A DNA stretch of 64,000 nucleotides from Candidatus Enterousia sp. (GCA_045592905.1 JAZNVR010000030.1:6029-70028), one strand, 5' to 3'. Counted from the first letter of the stretch, positions 1 through 9,817 are shown. A program made the numbers and translations. The notes: generated by a model from the letters alone, not told the origin.

Positions 1-2
1 TA

Positions 3-371
3 GGGATTGCTAAATCCAAAAATGCAATCATTCGCACAACAGTATGCAGCAAGGCATACAGCTGTGGCAGTGCATTGGCAATTATTGGCACACCAGGATT
101 CCGAATAATGTATTCTAATGCATATCATCTGATTCATTTTGGGTCAATGTGCCGAACAGCCAAACTGGAAAGCGAAATTGAATCTGTAGCCAATAACATG
201 AAAGAAAATCATGTTAATTGGAACAATCTGTATCTAAACAACACAAAAATATCACAGAAAGAACTGAAAAAATTAATGACCAAAGACAGTTTTATATCCG
301 CCAATCAAGCACTTAAACTTTCATTCTGTGATTGGATAATCAATGAACAAGGCTTAACACATACTAAATAA
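3..371 (+). CDS. ClpP/S14-family serine protease-like protein, C-terminal part (5' end outside window)
   Basis: The frame is open from the window edge. The translation ...IRTTVCSKAYSCGSALAIIGTPGFRIMYSNAYHLIHFG... resembles the ClpP Ser (AASMG) and His (MIHQP) motif regions. It is divergent and is followed by a hairpin terminator. Confidence 0.45.
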   Translation, partial: GIAKSKNAIIRTTVCSKAYSCGSALAIIGTPGFRIMYSNAYHLIHFGSMCRTAKLESEIESVANNMKENHVNWNNLYLNNTKISQKELKKLMTKDSFISANQALKLSFCDWIINEQGLTHTK

Positions 372-398
372 AAAAATGGGGCACAGCCCCAATTTTTT
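371..398. terminator. Bidirectional intrinsic terminator between convergent genes
   Basis: A-run, then stem tggggc/gcccca (377-382/386-391), then T-run. Confidence 0.7.
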
Positions 399-1779
399 AT
401 TCCTTTACATCCAATGTTTCAGCATCGGATTCAACCACCGGTTGTTTTGATTGCAGTTTTCCCATCGCAACAACCATATCCATAGCACGTTGTAACTGAT
501 AATCCAACGCATCTTTTTCTTCGTCTGTCAAATCTTTAACATCTTCTTCGTCTTTATCTTTTTTATCAGACTTCTTTTTTGCCTGTTCGTTTTTTAATGC
601 ATTTTTGAAAGATGCCTCTGAATAAGTACTTTCTTTTTTCTCTATTACTTCTATTTTAGATTGCAAAACTTCAACATCAGGTGTAATACCTTCGTTCTGA
701 ATTGAACGACCAGATGGTGTATAATAACGTGCAATCGTAATATGTATCGCAGTGCCATCACCCAATGGTTTTTGTTGTTGCACACTACCCTTGCCAAATG
801 ACTGTGATCCCATTACCAAACCACGACCATTATCCTGTAATGCACCAGCCAAAATTTCAGATGCAGATGCAGAACCATGATTTATTAACACAACAACAGG
901 TTTTCCATTTGTTAAATCGCCTGGTTTTGCATAAACACGATCAATATCTGTATCCTTTTTACCACGTGTTGATACAATTTCGCCATTATCCAAGAACGCA
1001 TCTGACACATCAATTGCAGCCGTCAGATAGCCACCTGGATTATTACGAACATCCACAACATAGCCAACAACATCTTTTTTTTCTAATGCGGTTAACGCTT
1101 CTGTTAAATCACGTGCTGTTGTTGCACCAAAATCAGATATTCTAACATATCCTATCTTCGGTGTATCTTTATCTTCTAAATCTGCACCAGCCAACGTTTT
1201 TTCTTCATACTTAACAGATTTTACCTTAATAATATCACGTTTAAGCGTTAATGTTTTTGGCTCGCCATCTTCGGATATAACTGTTAATTTAACCTTGGTA
1301 CCGGGTCTGCCCTTCATTTTCTTGACAGCTTGATTTAATGTCAAATCAAATACTTGTTCACCATCAATATGTGTAATATAATCCCCTGCTTTGATTCCTG
1401 CCTTTTCTGCGGGCGTATCGTCAATTGGCGAAATAACACGTACAGCCCCCCTGTCACTGGTAATCTGGATACCCAACCCACCAAATTCACCATGTGATTT
1501 TTCACTAAACTCCTTGAAGTCATCGGCAGACAAATACGAAGAATGCGGATCCAATGCCCCCAGCATTCCATTCATTGCTGCTTCCAACATCTTTTTTTCA
1601 TCGGCCTCTTCAACAAAGTTTTCACGTGCAACCTCAAAAACCATGGCCAATTTTTTTAGTTCTGTATAAATTTGTTCATCTGTTAAATGGACCACAGGTT
1701 CGTCTTTTTTCTTTTTATCTGCACCATTTGCAACAAATGGTGTAATCAATGCAATTAAAACCAAGATTTTTCTTAACAT
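397..1779 (-). CDS. C-terminal processing peptidase (S41, Ctp/Prc-like), secreted
   Basis: 460-aa ORF with an N-terminal signal peptide, a PDZ-like segment (GGLGIQIT...ISPIDDTPAEKAGIKAGDYITHIDG) and S41 core motifs (NPGGYL, GSASASEILAGAL, SFGKGSVQ). ATG at 1779 is preceded by an AAAGGA RBS. Confidence 0.85.
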   Translation of the reverse strand: MLRKILVLIALITPFVANGADKKKKDEPVVHLTDEQIYTELKKLAMVFEVARENFVEEADEKKMLEAAMNGMLGALDPHSSYLSADDFKEFSEKSHGEFGGLGIQITSDRGAVRVISPIDDTPAEKAGIKAGDYITHIDGEQVFDLTLNQAVKKMKGRPGTKVKLTVISEDGEPKTLTLKRDIIKVKSVKYEEKTLAGADLEDKDTPKIGYVRISDFGATTARDLTEALTALEKKDVVGYVVDVRNNPGGYLTAAIDVSDAFLDNGEIVSTRGKKDTDIDRVYAKPGDLTNGKPVVVLINHGSASASEILAGALQDNGRGLVMGSQSFGKGSVQQQKPLGDGTAIHITIARYYTPSGRSIQNEGITPDVEVLQSKIEVIEKKESTYSEASFKNALKNEQAKKKSDKKDKDEEDVKDLTDEEKDALDYQLQRAMDMVVAMGKLQSKQPVVESDAETLDVKE

Positions 1780-1874
1780 ATACCAATCCTTTCAATTTAT
1801 TCATGCTGTACCATAAAACAAATTTACCCCATATTCAACACGATTTTTACAGAAAATAAAAACTATATTTATAT

Positions 1875-1902
1875 TTGACATTTTATTTTTTTGTACTACA
1901 AT
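1875..1902 (+). promoter_or_regulatory. Sigma70-like promoter TTGACA-16-TACAAT immediately upstream of the 1911 ORF (possible leaderless or very short leader mRNA)
   Basis: TTGACA at 1875-1880 and TACAAT at 1897-1902. The ATG at 1911 is only ~9 nt downstream of the -10 element and no RBS is visible. Confidence 0.45.
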
Positions 1903-1910
1903 CATGAACT

Positions 1911-2966
1911 ATGAAAGACATCAGCACAACAAATTTTATAAAAGTATCACTTGACAAACCAGACAAACTGGAACACACGACCAGCATGGATTTATCAGCC
2001 CCATGTATATTAATATTAGGCGGTGAAAACACAGACACACTTATATGGGCACATAATTACTGCATTACTATTGCAAAAACGTTGCATCTTAACGAAATTA
2101 AAAGCGGATTGAATATATATTCTGCATTTTATAAATTTCGTGATCGCAATGCTGGTTTGGATCGTCTAAATTTATTTCGTGAATTTCGTGAAACCAATCA
2201 GTTGTTAAGTTATGGCAACGGGTTAACAATGACCGATATTGCATATATGAACCAGTCTTATCCATTAAGTAACACATATCCAAGTTACATATATGATATT
2301 TTTAATTTTGCGTTTATTCCACGCTTGGTTGGACGCAACAGTCAAATGTTGCCCCCAAAGAAAATAAAAGAAAATTTCAGAAACATGCTTATTTTCACAC
2401 ATTGTCATGGCACATACGTATTGCGAATGATAGAAAAATATCTGCACCAAGAATCTACTAAATTCACGTACAGTTTATCAGACATGCATGAAGCACAAAA
2501 AAATATATTAGCAATAAATCATGCACCATTTGCACCACTGGAACATTGCAAATTTTCAGCAGTATCATTTCTTAGTGCGTCCGATCCCCAGGTAAACTAT
2601 TATAATGAACTGGGTTATAATATGCGACAATCACCAGACAAATTCCAACCTGCGTTTTTCGGTCATAAATTTGGCAATGTAATGATTGCAAACCGAATAA
2701 AAAAAGACATAACCAAAGAACACAGCCAAGTTGGACTTAGCGGGGATAAAAAAACCGGACATACATTGACTGCAAATGGGCAAATATTATTTGCCACAGA
2801 ACGCAATGCATTACTAGAAGGGACACGTGCCATGCTTGCGGGTAAATCTGTTCCGGAAATATCAAAACTAATCTGTATTCCGGATAAAAATGCAGAATTT
2901 GATTTCAGCGACTTTAAGAATCGTGGTCAAAAAATATGCACAGATTTAAACATAAAAACACGTTAA
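1911..2966 (+). CDS. Hypothetical protein (351 aa), possible alpha/beta-hydrolase-like fold with Cys at a nucleophile-elbow-like motif
   Basis: Long ORF with an ATG start and no signal peptide. The motif IFTHCHGTY resembles sm-x-Nu-x-sm. I recognise no family. Confidence 0.45.
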   Translation: MKDISTTNFIKVSLDKPDKLEHTTSMDLSAPCILILGGENTDTLIWAHNYCITIAKTLHLNEIKSGLNIYSAFYKFRDRNAGLDRLNLFREFRETNQLLSYGNGLTMTDIAYMNQSYPLSNTYPSYIYDIFNFAFIPRLVGRNSQMLPPKKIKENFRNMLIFTHCHGTYVLRMIEKYLHQESTKFTYSLSDMHEAQKNILAINHAPFAPLEHCKFSAVSFLSASDPQVNYYNELGYNMRQSPDKFQPAFFGHKFGNVMIANRIKKDITKEHSQVGLSGDKKTGHTLTANGQILFATERNALLEGTRAMLAGKSVPEISKLICIPDKNAEFDFSDFKNRGQKICTDLNIKTR

Positions 2967-2994
2967 TACAAGATTGTTGTAATAACAAAAATAT

Positions 2995-3711
2995 TTATTC
3001 CAGCACTTGATTCTGCAAATCAATCAACTGTTGACATCCCTGTCCTGCCAACGTCATCAATTCGGATAATTGCGATGCATCAAATGGATGTTGTTCACCA
3101 GTGGCTTGGATTTCAACAAATTTACCAGACCCAGACACAACAAAATTTGCATCCATTTCTGCGACACAATCTTCTTCATAATCTAAATCCAAAATTAAAT
3201 CACCATGCCACAACCCAGCAGACACAGCCGCAACACTGTCTATAATTGGATTTTCAGCAATACGCCCACGTTCTAATAACCAGCGCACCGCCAAACTTAA
3301 TGCGACAAACGCCCCTGTGATACTGGCACATCTGGTACCACCATCTGCCTGAATAACGTCACAATCAATTGTAATTGTGTGCTTACCCAATTTTTCCATA
3401 TCCACAACACTTCGTAATGAACGCCCAATCAAGCGAGATATTTCAGCACTACGATTATCTTTCATCAATGCTTCACGTCCTTTGCGTGTACCATTTGCAC
3501 GTGGCAACATTGCATATTCAGCAGTAACCCAACCACCTGTTTTATTTTGCATACGTTTCCATGTTGGCTGATTCAAATCAACAGACGCATTACACAACAC
3601 ATGGGTTCCACCAACTTTAATCAAACAAGACCCTTCGGCCCATTTATTCACCCCTGTTTCCAATGACACATGACGCATTTGATTTGCCTTACGCAATGAT
3701 GGACGCAACAT
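2995..3711 (-). CDS. rph: Ribonuclease PH
   Basis: The sequence MLRPSLRKANQMRHVSLETGVNKWAEGSCLIKVGGTHVLCNASV... is collinear with RNase PH, including the GGTRCASITGAFVAL motif. The ATG at 3711 with an AAGGA RBS is preferred over the longer ORF start at 3747. Confidence 0.9.
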   Translation of the reverse strand: MLRPSLRKANQMRHVSLETGVNKWAEGSCLIKVGGTHVLCNASVDLNQPTWKRMQNKTGGWVTAEYAMLPRANGTRKGREALMKDNRSAEISRLIGRSLRSVVDMEKLGKHTITIDCDVIQADGGTRCASITGAFVALSLAVRWLLERGRIAENPIIDSVAAVSAGLWHGDLILDLDYEEDCVAEMDANFVVSGSGKFVEIQATGEQHPFDASQLSELMTLAGQGCQQLIDLQNQVLE

Positions 3712-3838
3712 ACAAAATCCTTTTATTTTTATTATTGACGAACACATTATATATACAAACAGCTGTTTTGCAATTTTTTTTAGATTTGCATTTTGATATA
3801 ATATTGTTATCCTATCAATCGCATTAAAAAGGATTTTT

Positions 3839-4861
3839 ATGTCAACCCAGACAAAACGCCTGATTAAAAAGATAATAAGTTATTCAGGTATTTTCTTTTT
3901 TGTATTGGCCGCAGGTATGTTATGGTGGCAATTACGAAATTACAGTTTATCAGACATTGCAGATGCGATACTAGACATTCCATTTACAAACCTGCTTTTG
4001 GCATGTATCGCATGTATTGCCGGATATTTAGCATTATCTTTATATGATTACCTGGCACTACACTATGTCGGTGGCAAGGTTACATGGTGGAAATGGATGC
4101 TGGCTGGCATGTTGGGCTTTGCAATCAGCAATAACGCAGGACACGCAGTTGTCAGTGGCGGTGCCATACGTTACAGATTGTATACTCGCTGGCGAATTCG
4201 TGGTTCTGACATATTAAAAATGCTGACAATATCTGGATTTACATATTTTCTGGGTGCGTCTGCGATTGTTGTTATTGGATATTTTCTAATTCCACGTGCC
4301 ATATTTGATAATTCCACCGGAATCAGCATGGGATTAAATACATTATTTATATTCTGTGCCACTGTATTACTAACATATTTTGCAATAACATTAATATTTC
4401 ACAAAAAAAGCATTAAACTTGGGAACGTTAAATTTCAGGTTCCATCAACACAAATGGCATTTGGACAAACTGTTCTTGGGATAACAGACAGTGTGTTGGC
4501 TGGATTGGTACTATATTTTTGTCTGACACCATTTGTTGATATACCATTTACCACATTTATTGGCCTGTTTGTTATTGCACAAACAACTGGCGTATTCAGT
4601 CAAGTACCTGGGGGAATTGGCGTTTTTGAAAGTGTGTTTTTAATAGCATTGCCAGATACAGTTGATAAAGCAAACATATTCGGTGCATTATTGGCATATC
4701 GCATAATATATTATGTATTACCACTAATTGGGATTGGCACATTATTCTTTATATACGAACGCTGGTTGCGTTCCCGTATGAAACGCTGGTTGGCCGAAGC
4801 CAAAGAAAAAATACCAACCAAAATTAAGCATATCGCCACAGAAATAAAAAACAGAAAATAA
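3839..4861 (+). CDS. Polytopic inner-membrane protein, UPF0104 / lysyl-PG synthase (MprF) TM-domain-like
   Basis: 340 aa with about 8 hydrophobic helices. The N-terminal region resembles the YbhN/MprF flippase-domain family. RBS AAAAAGGA. Confidence 0.55.
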   Translation: MSTQTKRLIKKIISYSGIFFFVLAAGMLWWQLRNYSLSDIADAILDIPFTNLLLACIACIAGYLALSLYDYLALHYVGGKVTWWKWMLAGMLGFAISNNAGHAVVSGGAIRYRLYTRWRIRGSDILKMLTISGFTYFLGASAIVVIGYFLIPRAIFDNSTGISMGLNTLFIFCATVLLTYFAITLIFHKKSIKLGNVKFQVPSTQMAFGQTVLGITDSVLAGLVLYFCLTPFVDIPFTTFIGLFVIAQTTGVFSQVPGGIGVFESVFLIALPDTVDKANIFGALLAYRIIYYVLPLIGIGTLFFIYERWLRSRMKRWLAEAKEKIPTKIKHIATEIKNRK

Positions 4862-4899
4862 ATACCTTGATAATCTATATATTGTCATGTTAAAATAGC

Positions 4900-5065
4900 C
4901 TTTGTGTATGACATAGGATTATAAAAGTGTTTATATTGTCACTCATTTCAACGATTTGCATGGCACTGATGATTATCGTGGTGCATTCCCTTGGCATGGG
5001 CATGGACGCCCCATGGGGACAGACCGTTGCTGTATCATACACTGCCAAAACAAAAGGATTATTAA
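4900..5065 (+). promoter_or_regulatory. Structured, locally GC-richer 5' leader of rne (possible autoregulatory UTR)
   Basis: The stretch gcatggcactgatg...ggcatgggcatggacgccccatggggacagacc contains palindromes (ccccatgggg). The overlapping short ORFs lack an RBS. Confidence 0.25.
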
Positions 5066-6859
5066 ATGTCAAAAAAAATATACGTGGATGCAGTCCACCC
5101 AGAAGAAACACGTGTTGTCGTTGTTGATACTGCGACCGGTCGTGTTTCTGATTTTGATGTTGAAACAACGACCAAGCCACAAATAAAAGGAAATATTTAT
5201 TTGGCCAAGGTTATACGTGTTGAACCATCATTACAGGCTGCATTTGTTGATTATGGAACTGGGAAAAATGGTTTTCTACCATTTTCTGAAATACATCCAG
5301 ATTACTATCAGGTAACCCCAGAACAAAAGAAAAAATTACTGGAACTGGCACATGCAAATATCGTTGATGACGACGACGACCCAAATGACGAAGAAGACGA
5401 AGTTGCAGAATACGATGATCACAGTGCAGGTGAAGACAACAATGAATTTATCAAACGTGCACGTGAATTCAAGATTCAAGATGTAATTAAACCAAAACAA
5501 ATCTTGTTGATTCAGGGCGTAAAAGAAGAACGTGGCCAGAAAGGTGCATCAATGACAACATACTTGTCATTGGCGGGTCGCTTTGCTGTGCTGATGCCTA
5601 ATTCACGCAAGCGCAACAGTTATGGCATTTCCAAGAAAATTTCTGACAAATCAGAACGTGCCAGATTACGTGAAATTTTACACGACTTGAAAATTCCAAA
5701 GGGTATGACAGTTGTACTGCGTACTGCGGCCATGGGTGCAACCGCATCAGATATTGCTGCAGACTATGATTACTTGGTTGGCTTGTGGAACGAAATCCGC
5801 AAAACAACATTGGCATCTGTTGCCCCTGTAACAATTCACACCGAAGATTCTTTGTTACGTCGTGTTGTTCGTGATTTTGTTAGCGATAAAGAAGACGTAC
5901 TAACAATCCAAGGCGAAGAAGCATTTGATGCCGCAAAACAATATTTTCAACAAATGTATGGTCGTGCACCACGCAAACAGTTGGTGCATTACAAAGACAC
6001 TGCCGTTCCATTAATGGTCAAAGCAGGCGTTGAAAAGCAACTGGAAGGGTTACATGGTCCATATGTTCAATTACCATCTGGTGGTTCGCTGGTTATCAAC
6101 CAGACCGAAGCAATGGTTACCATTGACGTAAATTCATCACGTGCAATCAAAGAAAAAGATATTGAACAAACAGCATTAAATACAAATTTAGAAGCAGCCG
6201 AAGAAATCGCATTACAATTGCGTCTGCGTGATTTGGCGGGCATCATTGCTGTTGACTTTATTGACATGGAAGAAGAAAAAAACAACCGCAAGTTGGAACT
6301 GAAAATGCGTGAAGTTATGAAACGTGATCGTGCACGTACCCAGGTTGCAAAAATCAATAACTTTGGTGTATTGATGTTATCACGTCAAAGATTACGCAGC
6401 AGTTTTATGGAATCATCGTACGTTCCATGCCCACATTGTATGGGGGCCGGTGTTGTTCCTTCTATTCAAACTGCATCAATAATCTTGTTCCGTCATTTGC
6501 AAGAAAAACTGTTGGCAAAATCTGCCCAAAAAATCATAATGACAGTACCAACAGATGTCGCTGTATATTTACTGAATCACAAACGCAGCGAACTGGCAGC
6601 AATGGAATCTGAATTTGAAACAGAAATCGTAATTGTTGGCGATGACAGTTTATTAAATATTGACCAATATTCAATTCAGCGTGTCGCCCCAGAACAAAAT
6701 AAAACTGACGATTTATTGAATGCACATGCACCATCAACAGATATAAAAAAGAAAAACGCCCAGCACACTGATGCCAAGCGTACAACAGTATCTGCGAATC
6801 GTCGTAAAAAGAAGAAACAGCCCAAAAAGCAAACTTTTTGGCAAAAACTGATTGGTTAA
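5066..6859 (+). CDS. rne: Ribonuclease E/G family endoribonuclease (compact RNase E)
   Basis: S1 domain (IKGNIYLAKVIRVEPSLQAAFVDYG), catalytic core (VTIDVNS..., IIAVDFIDM), Zn-link CPHC and a basic C-terminal tail. ATG at 5066 with an AAAAGGA RBS. Confidence 0.85.
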   Translation: MSKKIYVDAVHPEETRVVVVDTATGRVSDFDVETTTKPQIKGNIYLAKVIRVEPSLQAAFVDYGTGKNGFLPFSEIHPDYYQVTPEQKKKLLELAHANIVDDDDDPNDEEDEVAEYDDHSAGEDNNEFIKRAREFKIQDVIKPKQILLIQGVKEERGQKGASMTTYLSLAGRFAVLMPNSRKRNSYGISKKISDKSERARLREILHDLKIPKGMTVVLRTAAMGATASDIAADYDYLVGLWNEIRKTTLASVAPVTIHTEDSLLRRVVRDFVSDKEDVLTIQGEEAFDAAKQYFQQMYGRAPRKQLVHYKDTAVPLMVKAGVEKQLEGLHGPYVQLPSGGSLVINQTEAMVTIDVNSSRAIKEKDIEQTALNTNLEAAEEIALQLRLRDLAGIIAVDFIDMEEEKNNRKLELKMREVMKRDRARTQVAKINNFGVLMLSRQRLRSSFMESSYVPCPHCMGAGVVPSIQTASIILFRHLQEKLLAKSAQKIIMTVPTDVAVYLLNHKRSELAAMESEFETEIVIVGDDSLLNIDQYSIQRVAPEQNKTDDLLNAHAPSTDIKKKNAQHTDAKRTTVSANRRKKKKQPKKQTFWQKLIG

Positions 6860-6885
6860 AAAATGCCCCAAACGGGGCATTTTTA
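6858..6885. terminator. Bidirectional intrinsic terminator
   Basis: The sequence aaaaa-atgcccc-aaac-ggggcat-tttt serves rne (+) and the small ORF 6883-6987 (-). Confidence 0.7.
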
Positions 6886-6987
6886 TTTATTACATTTTGG
6901 TTTGTTTTCTGATTTTTTATCATCTTTTTGTCCATGCATCCCAGAACAATTTTTACAACCACATGTTTTATTTTCTGATTTTGACAT
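6883..6987 (-). CDS. Small Lys- and Cys-rich peptide (34 aa): MSKSENKTCGCKNCSGMHGQKDDKKSENKPKCNK
   Basis: I translated this by hand codon by codon. ATG at 6987 is preceded by AAAGGAAG at 5-12 nt. A candidate TTGTAT-17-TAATAT promoter lies upstream, and the stop abuts the hairpin terminator. The ORF falls below the ORF-track length cutoff. Confidence 0.4.
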   Translation of the reverse strand: MSKSENKTCGCKNCSGMHGQKDDKKSENKPKCNK

Positions 6988-7127
6988 TTTATCTTCCTTT
7001 GTTTTTCATTGTTAATTTCGTCCGGACCTTAAAATATTACAGATACATTCACAAATATACAACACGCACATTTTCCCAAAAAAGTATTTGTAATTTATGC
7101 ATATAAATAATAAGATGCACATACCGT

Positions 7128-7204
7128 CGGGGTGTAGCTCAGCCTGGTAGAGTACTTGCATGGGGTGCAAGGGGTCGCAGGTTCAAATCCCGTCACCCCG
7201 ACCA
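7128..7204 (+). tRNA. tRNA-Pro (anticodon GGG), CCA encoded
   Basis: Cloverleaf read by hand: acceptor CGGGGTG/CACCCCG, anticodon stem cttgc/gcaag with loop atGGGgt, and a TTCAAAT T-loop. There is one A.C mismatch in the T-stem. Confidence 0.9.
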
Positions 7205-7221
7205 TATTTTCTATATAATAC

Positions 7222-7249
7222 TTGACAAATCCTATTATTTGTTTATATT
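7222..7249 (+). promoter_or_regulatory. Sigma70-like promoter TTGACA-16-TATATT
   Basis: TTGACA at 7222-7227 and TATATT at 7244-7249, upstream of the 7290 ORF. Confidence 0.55.
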
Positions 7250-7289
7250 TCTTATACACAGTTTACAAAAAAACTAAAAGGATTTGATT

Positions 7290-8330
7290 ATGTTTAAATT
7301 GTTTAAACAAAAAAATGTAGAAAAACAAACAGCAGATAATGTAGCAAAACAAACAGCAGATAGTGCAAAATCAATGTACGAAGAGCAAAATGCCAAAGCG
7401 TTATCAGAACGTTATATGAGCCCTTTTGCATTTGTACAAAGAGTAATTTTACCAATTATTCAATCCAACAGACCTGTAAATACAGTAAATCGTGATGCAT
7501 TTCGTCAAAAAAACAATGAAAAAGCATTGAAAGATTTAGAAAAAGGAATTTGGTACTTATATATTGATAAATTATATTCTTTCAAGAAATACAATGAAGA
7601 AACACCATATAATAAAATGTTAATGTGGGGTGCGTTATTAGTAACTTTGAACGAGATTTTCTTTTCAAATAATAAATTAGTATTGGATGTCAAAAAAATT
7701 GATGCAACAGAATATAATAAATTGCCAAAACGTTATCGTGGTGCGTTTAGAAAAAGCCCATATAACCCAAATACATATATTTATACACAAAAGAATGTCA
7801 ACAAAGATTTCAATCTGTTTTATGACCCAAAACACCCAAATTATAAATTGTTAAATAAAGATATTCGTAATTTATTCGCAACATTGTATCAAGAAGAAGT
7901 CGTACGCAGAACAATGACAACCGACGGATACACTATAGATGATTTTGGAAACAGACAATGGATTGAAAAAATAGAATATAGTTATGGTATCAGACCATGT
8001 AAAGATCCAAAATTATCAAATCGTATCTCTGATGAACAGATGGAAGCAATGGCCAAGTTACAAGATTATTTTGCGACAATTGCATCTATGTGCATCGTTA
8101 CAAAACCAAAATACGGCAGCCAGGAAATATTTAATGAATTAAACGCAGAAAAATCACAGGAAAACATCTTTGTCAAAGCACAGAATTTAACCAAGATGGC
8201 AAAAAATACTATGGATACAATTCATAAAACAGATGAATTATGCACAAAAGATCAAATGAATGCTGCCAGTAAGTATTATTCCGATTTGAAAAAAGACATC
8301 TTGTGGAATTTGCGTATAAAAACCAAATAA
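7290..8330 (+). CDS. Hypothetical protein (346 aa), no signal peptide, Lys/Asn-rich orphan
   Basis: Long ORF. The ATG at 7290 with an AAAAGGA RBS is preferred over the TTG at 7284. A terminator follows. I recognise no family. Confidence 0.5.
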   Translation: MFKLFKQKNVEKQTADNVAKQTADSAKSMYEEQNAKALSERYMSPFAFVQRVILPIIQSNRPVNTVNRDAFRQKNNEKALKDLEKGIWYLYIDKLYSFKKYNEETPYNKMLMWGALLVTLNEIFFSNNKLVLDVKKIDATEYNKLPKRYRGAFRKSPYNPNTYIYTQKNVNKDFNLFYDPKHPNYKLLNKDIRNLFATLYQEEVVRRTMTTDGYTIDDFGNRQWIEKIEYSYGIRPCKDPKLSNRISDEQMEAMAKLQDYFATIASMCIVTKPKYGSQEIFNELNAEKSQENIFVKAQNLTKMAKNTMDTIHKTDELCTKDQMNAASKYYSDLKKDILWNLRIKTK

Positions 8331-8332
8331 AG

Positions 8333-8357
8333 CACCGCCCGATTGGGCGGTTTTTTA
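8333..8357. terminator. Bidirectional intrinsic terminator
   Basis: Stem ccgccc-gatt-gggcgg followed by tttttt, between convergent ORFs. Confidence 0.7.
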
Positions 8358-8795
8358 TTCGCTTGTGCAATTTAATTTTATCATATCTGCAATTTGCTGT
8401 TGCTTTGCAAATTCACGTGCAGATGGCACCGCACATGGATCGCAATCCCGACGAACTTGTCCTGGCACACAAACAAATGCAACATCTTGGCATATGCCAT
8501 ACATGCGAACTGTTATTTGTTCATTCAAGTATTCCATCGCAATATTCCAGTATTTATCTGGCACAGACTTTGGATCGTATTCCCACATTTTTTCTACGGT
8601 ATCTATACTTCTTTTTACGCAAGGTTGCGAGTTCGTTAAATGCATAACTGTTGTATGAATGTTATTTTTTGGCGTGGCATTATGTCTTGAAATCATAATC
8701 CATGCAACCAATGTAATACACAGTCCCACCACCAGAAAAAACAAGATATAATGTGCGATTGTAAACGTATTGATATTTGTTCTAAATTTTGGCAT
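8355..8795 (-). CDS. Membrane-anchored hypothetical protein (146 aa) with a Cys-containing C-terminal domain
   Basis: Strong RBS AAGGGGG 7 nt upstream of the ATG at 8795, and an N-terminal TM helix (IAHYILFFLVVGLCITLVAWIMI). The overlapping + strand ORFs lack both features. Confidence 0.5.
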   Translation of the reverse strand: MPKFRTNINTFTIAHYILFFLVVGLCITLVAWIMISRHNATPKNNIHTTVMHLTNSQPCVKRSIDTVEKMWEYDPKSVPDKYWNIAMEYLNEQITVRMYGICQDVAFVCVPGQVRRDCDPCAVPSAREFAKQQQIADMIKLNCTSE

Positions 8796-8932
8796 ATATA
8801 CCCCCTTGTATACGAATACAATATTATCACTGTTGTCGCACGATAAATACGGTTTTGTATTCCTATAAAAAGTTGCAAATTCAGAAAAAATGATATAATA
8901 TTACCCCTGAAAAAAATCAAAGGAGAGTGTAC

Positions 8933-9817
8933 ATGTTTGTTACAGAAAAATTGAAAACATTCTCTTGGGTCAACGTTGGAAACCCAGACCATGAAGACTT
9001 TGAAAAACTGCAAACAGAATACAAAATTGACGAAGATACCATTTCTGACATTTTGGACCCAGATGAACAACCACGTCTGGAAATAGAAGACGATTACAAG
9101 GTTATTATCTTACGATTTCCAATTATAAATCGTGAAAATTATACAATGTGGCACACAGAACCGCTGTCCATTATTTATTCATCTAATCGTGTAATAACTG
9201 TTTGCCGCAAACGATGCGATTTACTGGACAAAATTAAAAAGTCTGAAAAGACATCACGTGAAGAATTTATTCTAAACATCATGTACTATATTGCAGAATC
9301 ATACCTGCGTATGTTAAAAGAATTAAACAAACGTGTTCTGGCATCAAAGCGTGTCTTGCAAGAACGCATACGTAAAACAGAATTAATGGATTTATTAGAC
9401 GTTGAAAACAGTTATACTTTATATATGGCCGGCATCAAGGGAAATGTTGCTGTGTTGGACAAGTTAGAAAAAGTTCGTGGTTTTGTTAAAACAGATGATG
9501 CCGAAGAACTGGCCGAAGATGCCAGAATTGAATTTGCCCAGGCAACCGAAGTCGTAACATCTTACAGTAAAATGTTAAAATCTATCAAAGAAACATTTGA
9601 AAGCGTTATTAACATGGATTCCAACACTAACATTAACAGATTAACCATGTGGAATATTATTTTGGTTGTACCAACTGTCATTGTTGGCTATTACGGTATG
9701 AATATGCGGTTACCATTCGCAGAATATGAACAAACTGCAACATGGATATTTATATTTATTATGATTTTATTATTGGGCTTTGCACTATTCGGAATACTTC
9801 GTCGCAGAATATCATAA
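8933..9817 (+). CDS. corA: CorA-family Mg2+/Co2+ transporter
   Basis: C-terminal YGMNMRLPF (GMN motif) between two TM helices. ATG at 8933 with an AAAGGAG RBS; the track start at 8927 is GTG. Confidence 0.8.
   Translation: MFVTEKLKTFSWVNVGNPDHEDFEKLQTEYKIDEDTISDILDPDEQPRLEIEDDYKVIILRFPIINRENYTMWHTEPLSIIYSSNRVITVCRKRCDLLDKIKKSEKTSREEFILNIMYYIAESYLRMLKELNKRVLASKRVLQERIRKTELMDLLDVENSYTLYMAGIKGNVAVLDKLEKVRGFVKTDDAEELAEDARIEFAQATEVVTSYSKMLKSIKETFESVINMDSNTNINRLTMWNIILVVPTVIVGYYGMNMRLPFAEYEQTATWIFIFIMILLLGFALFGILRRRIS

Noticed and set aside
4890-5186. Short ORFs (66-96 aa) in the region upstream of rne
   Set aside because: They have no RBS, overlap each other and the rne start. The region is better explained as a structured 5' leader.
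6534-7106. Track ORFs 6534-6962 (-) and 6852-7106 (+)
   Set aside because: The first mostly overlaps rne antisense. The second spans a terminator and AT-rich intergenic DNA. The only convincing signal here is the 34-aa ORF 6883-6987 in a different frame.
8303-8658. Three plus-strand ORFs (81-114 aa) overlapping 8355-8795
   Set aside because: They begin inside or after the terminator of the upstream gene and lack an RBS. The minus-strand ORF has a strong AAGGGGG RBS and a TM anchor.
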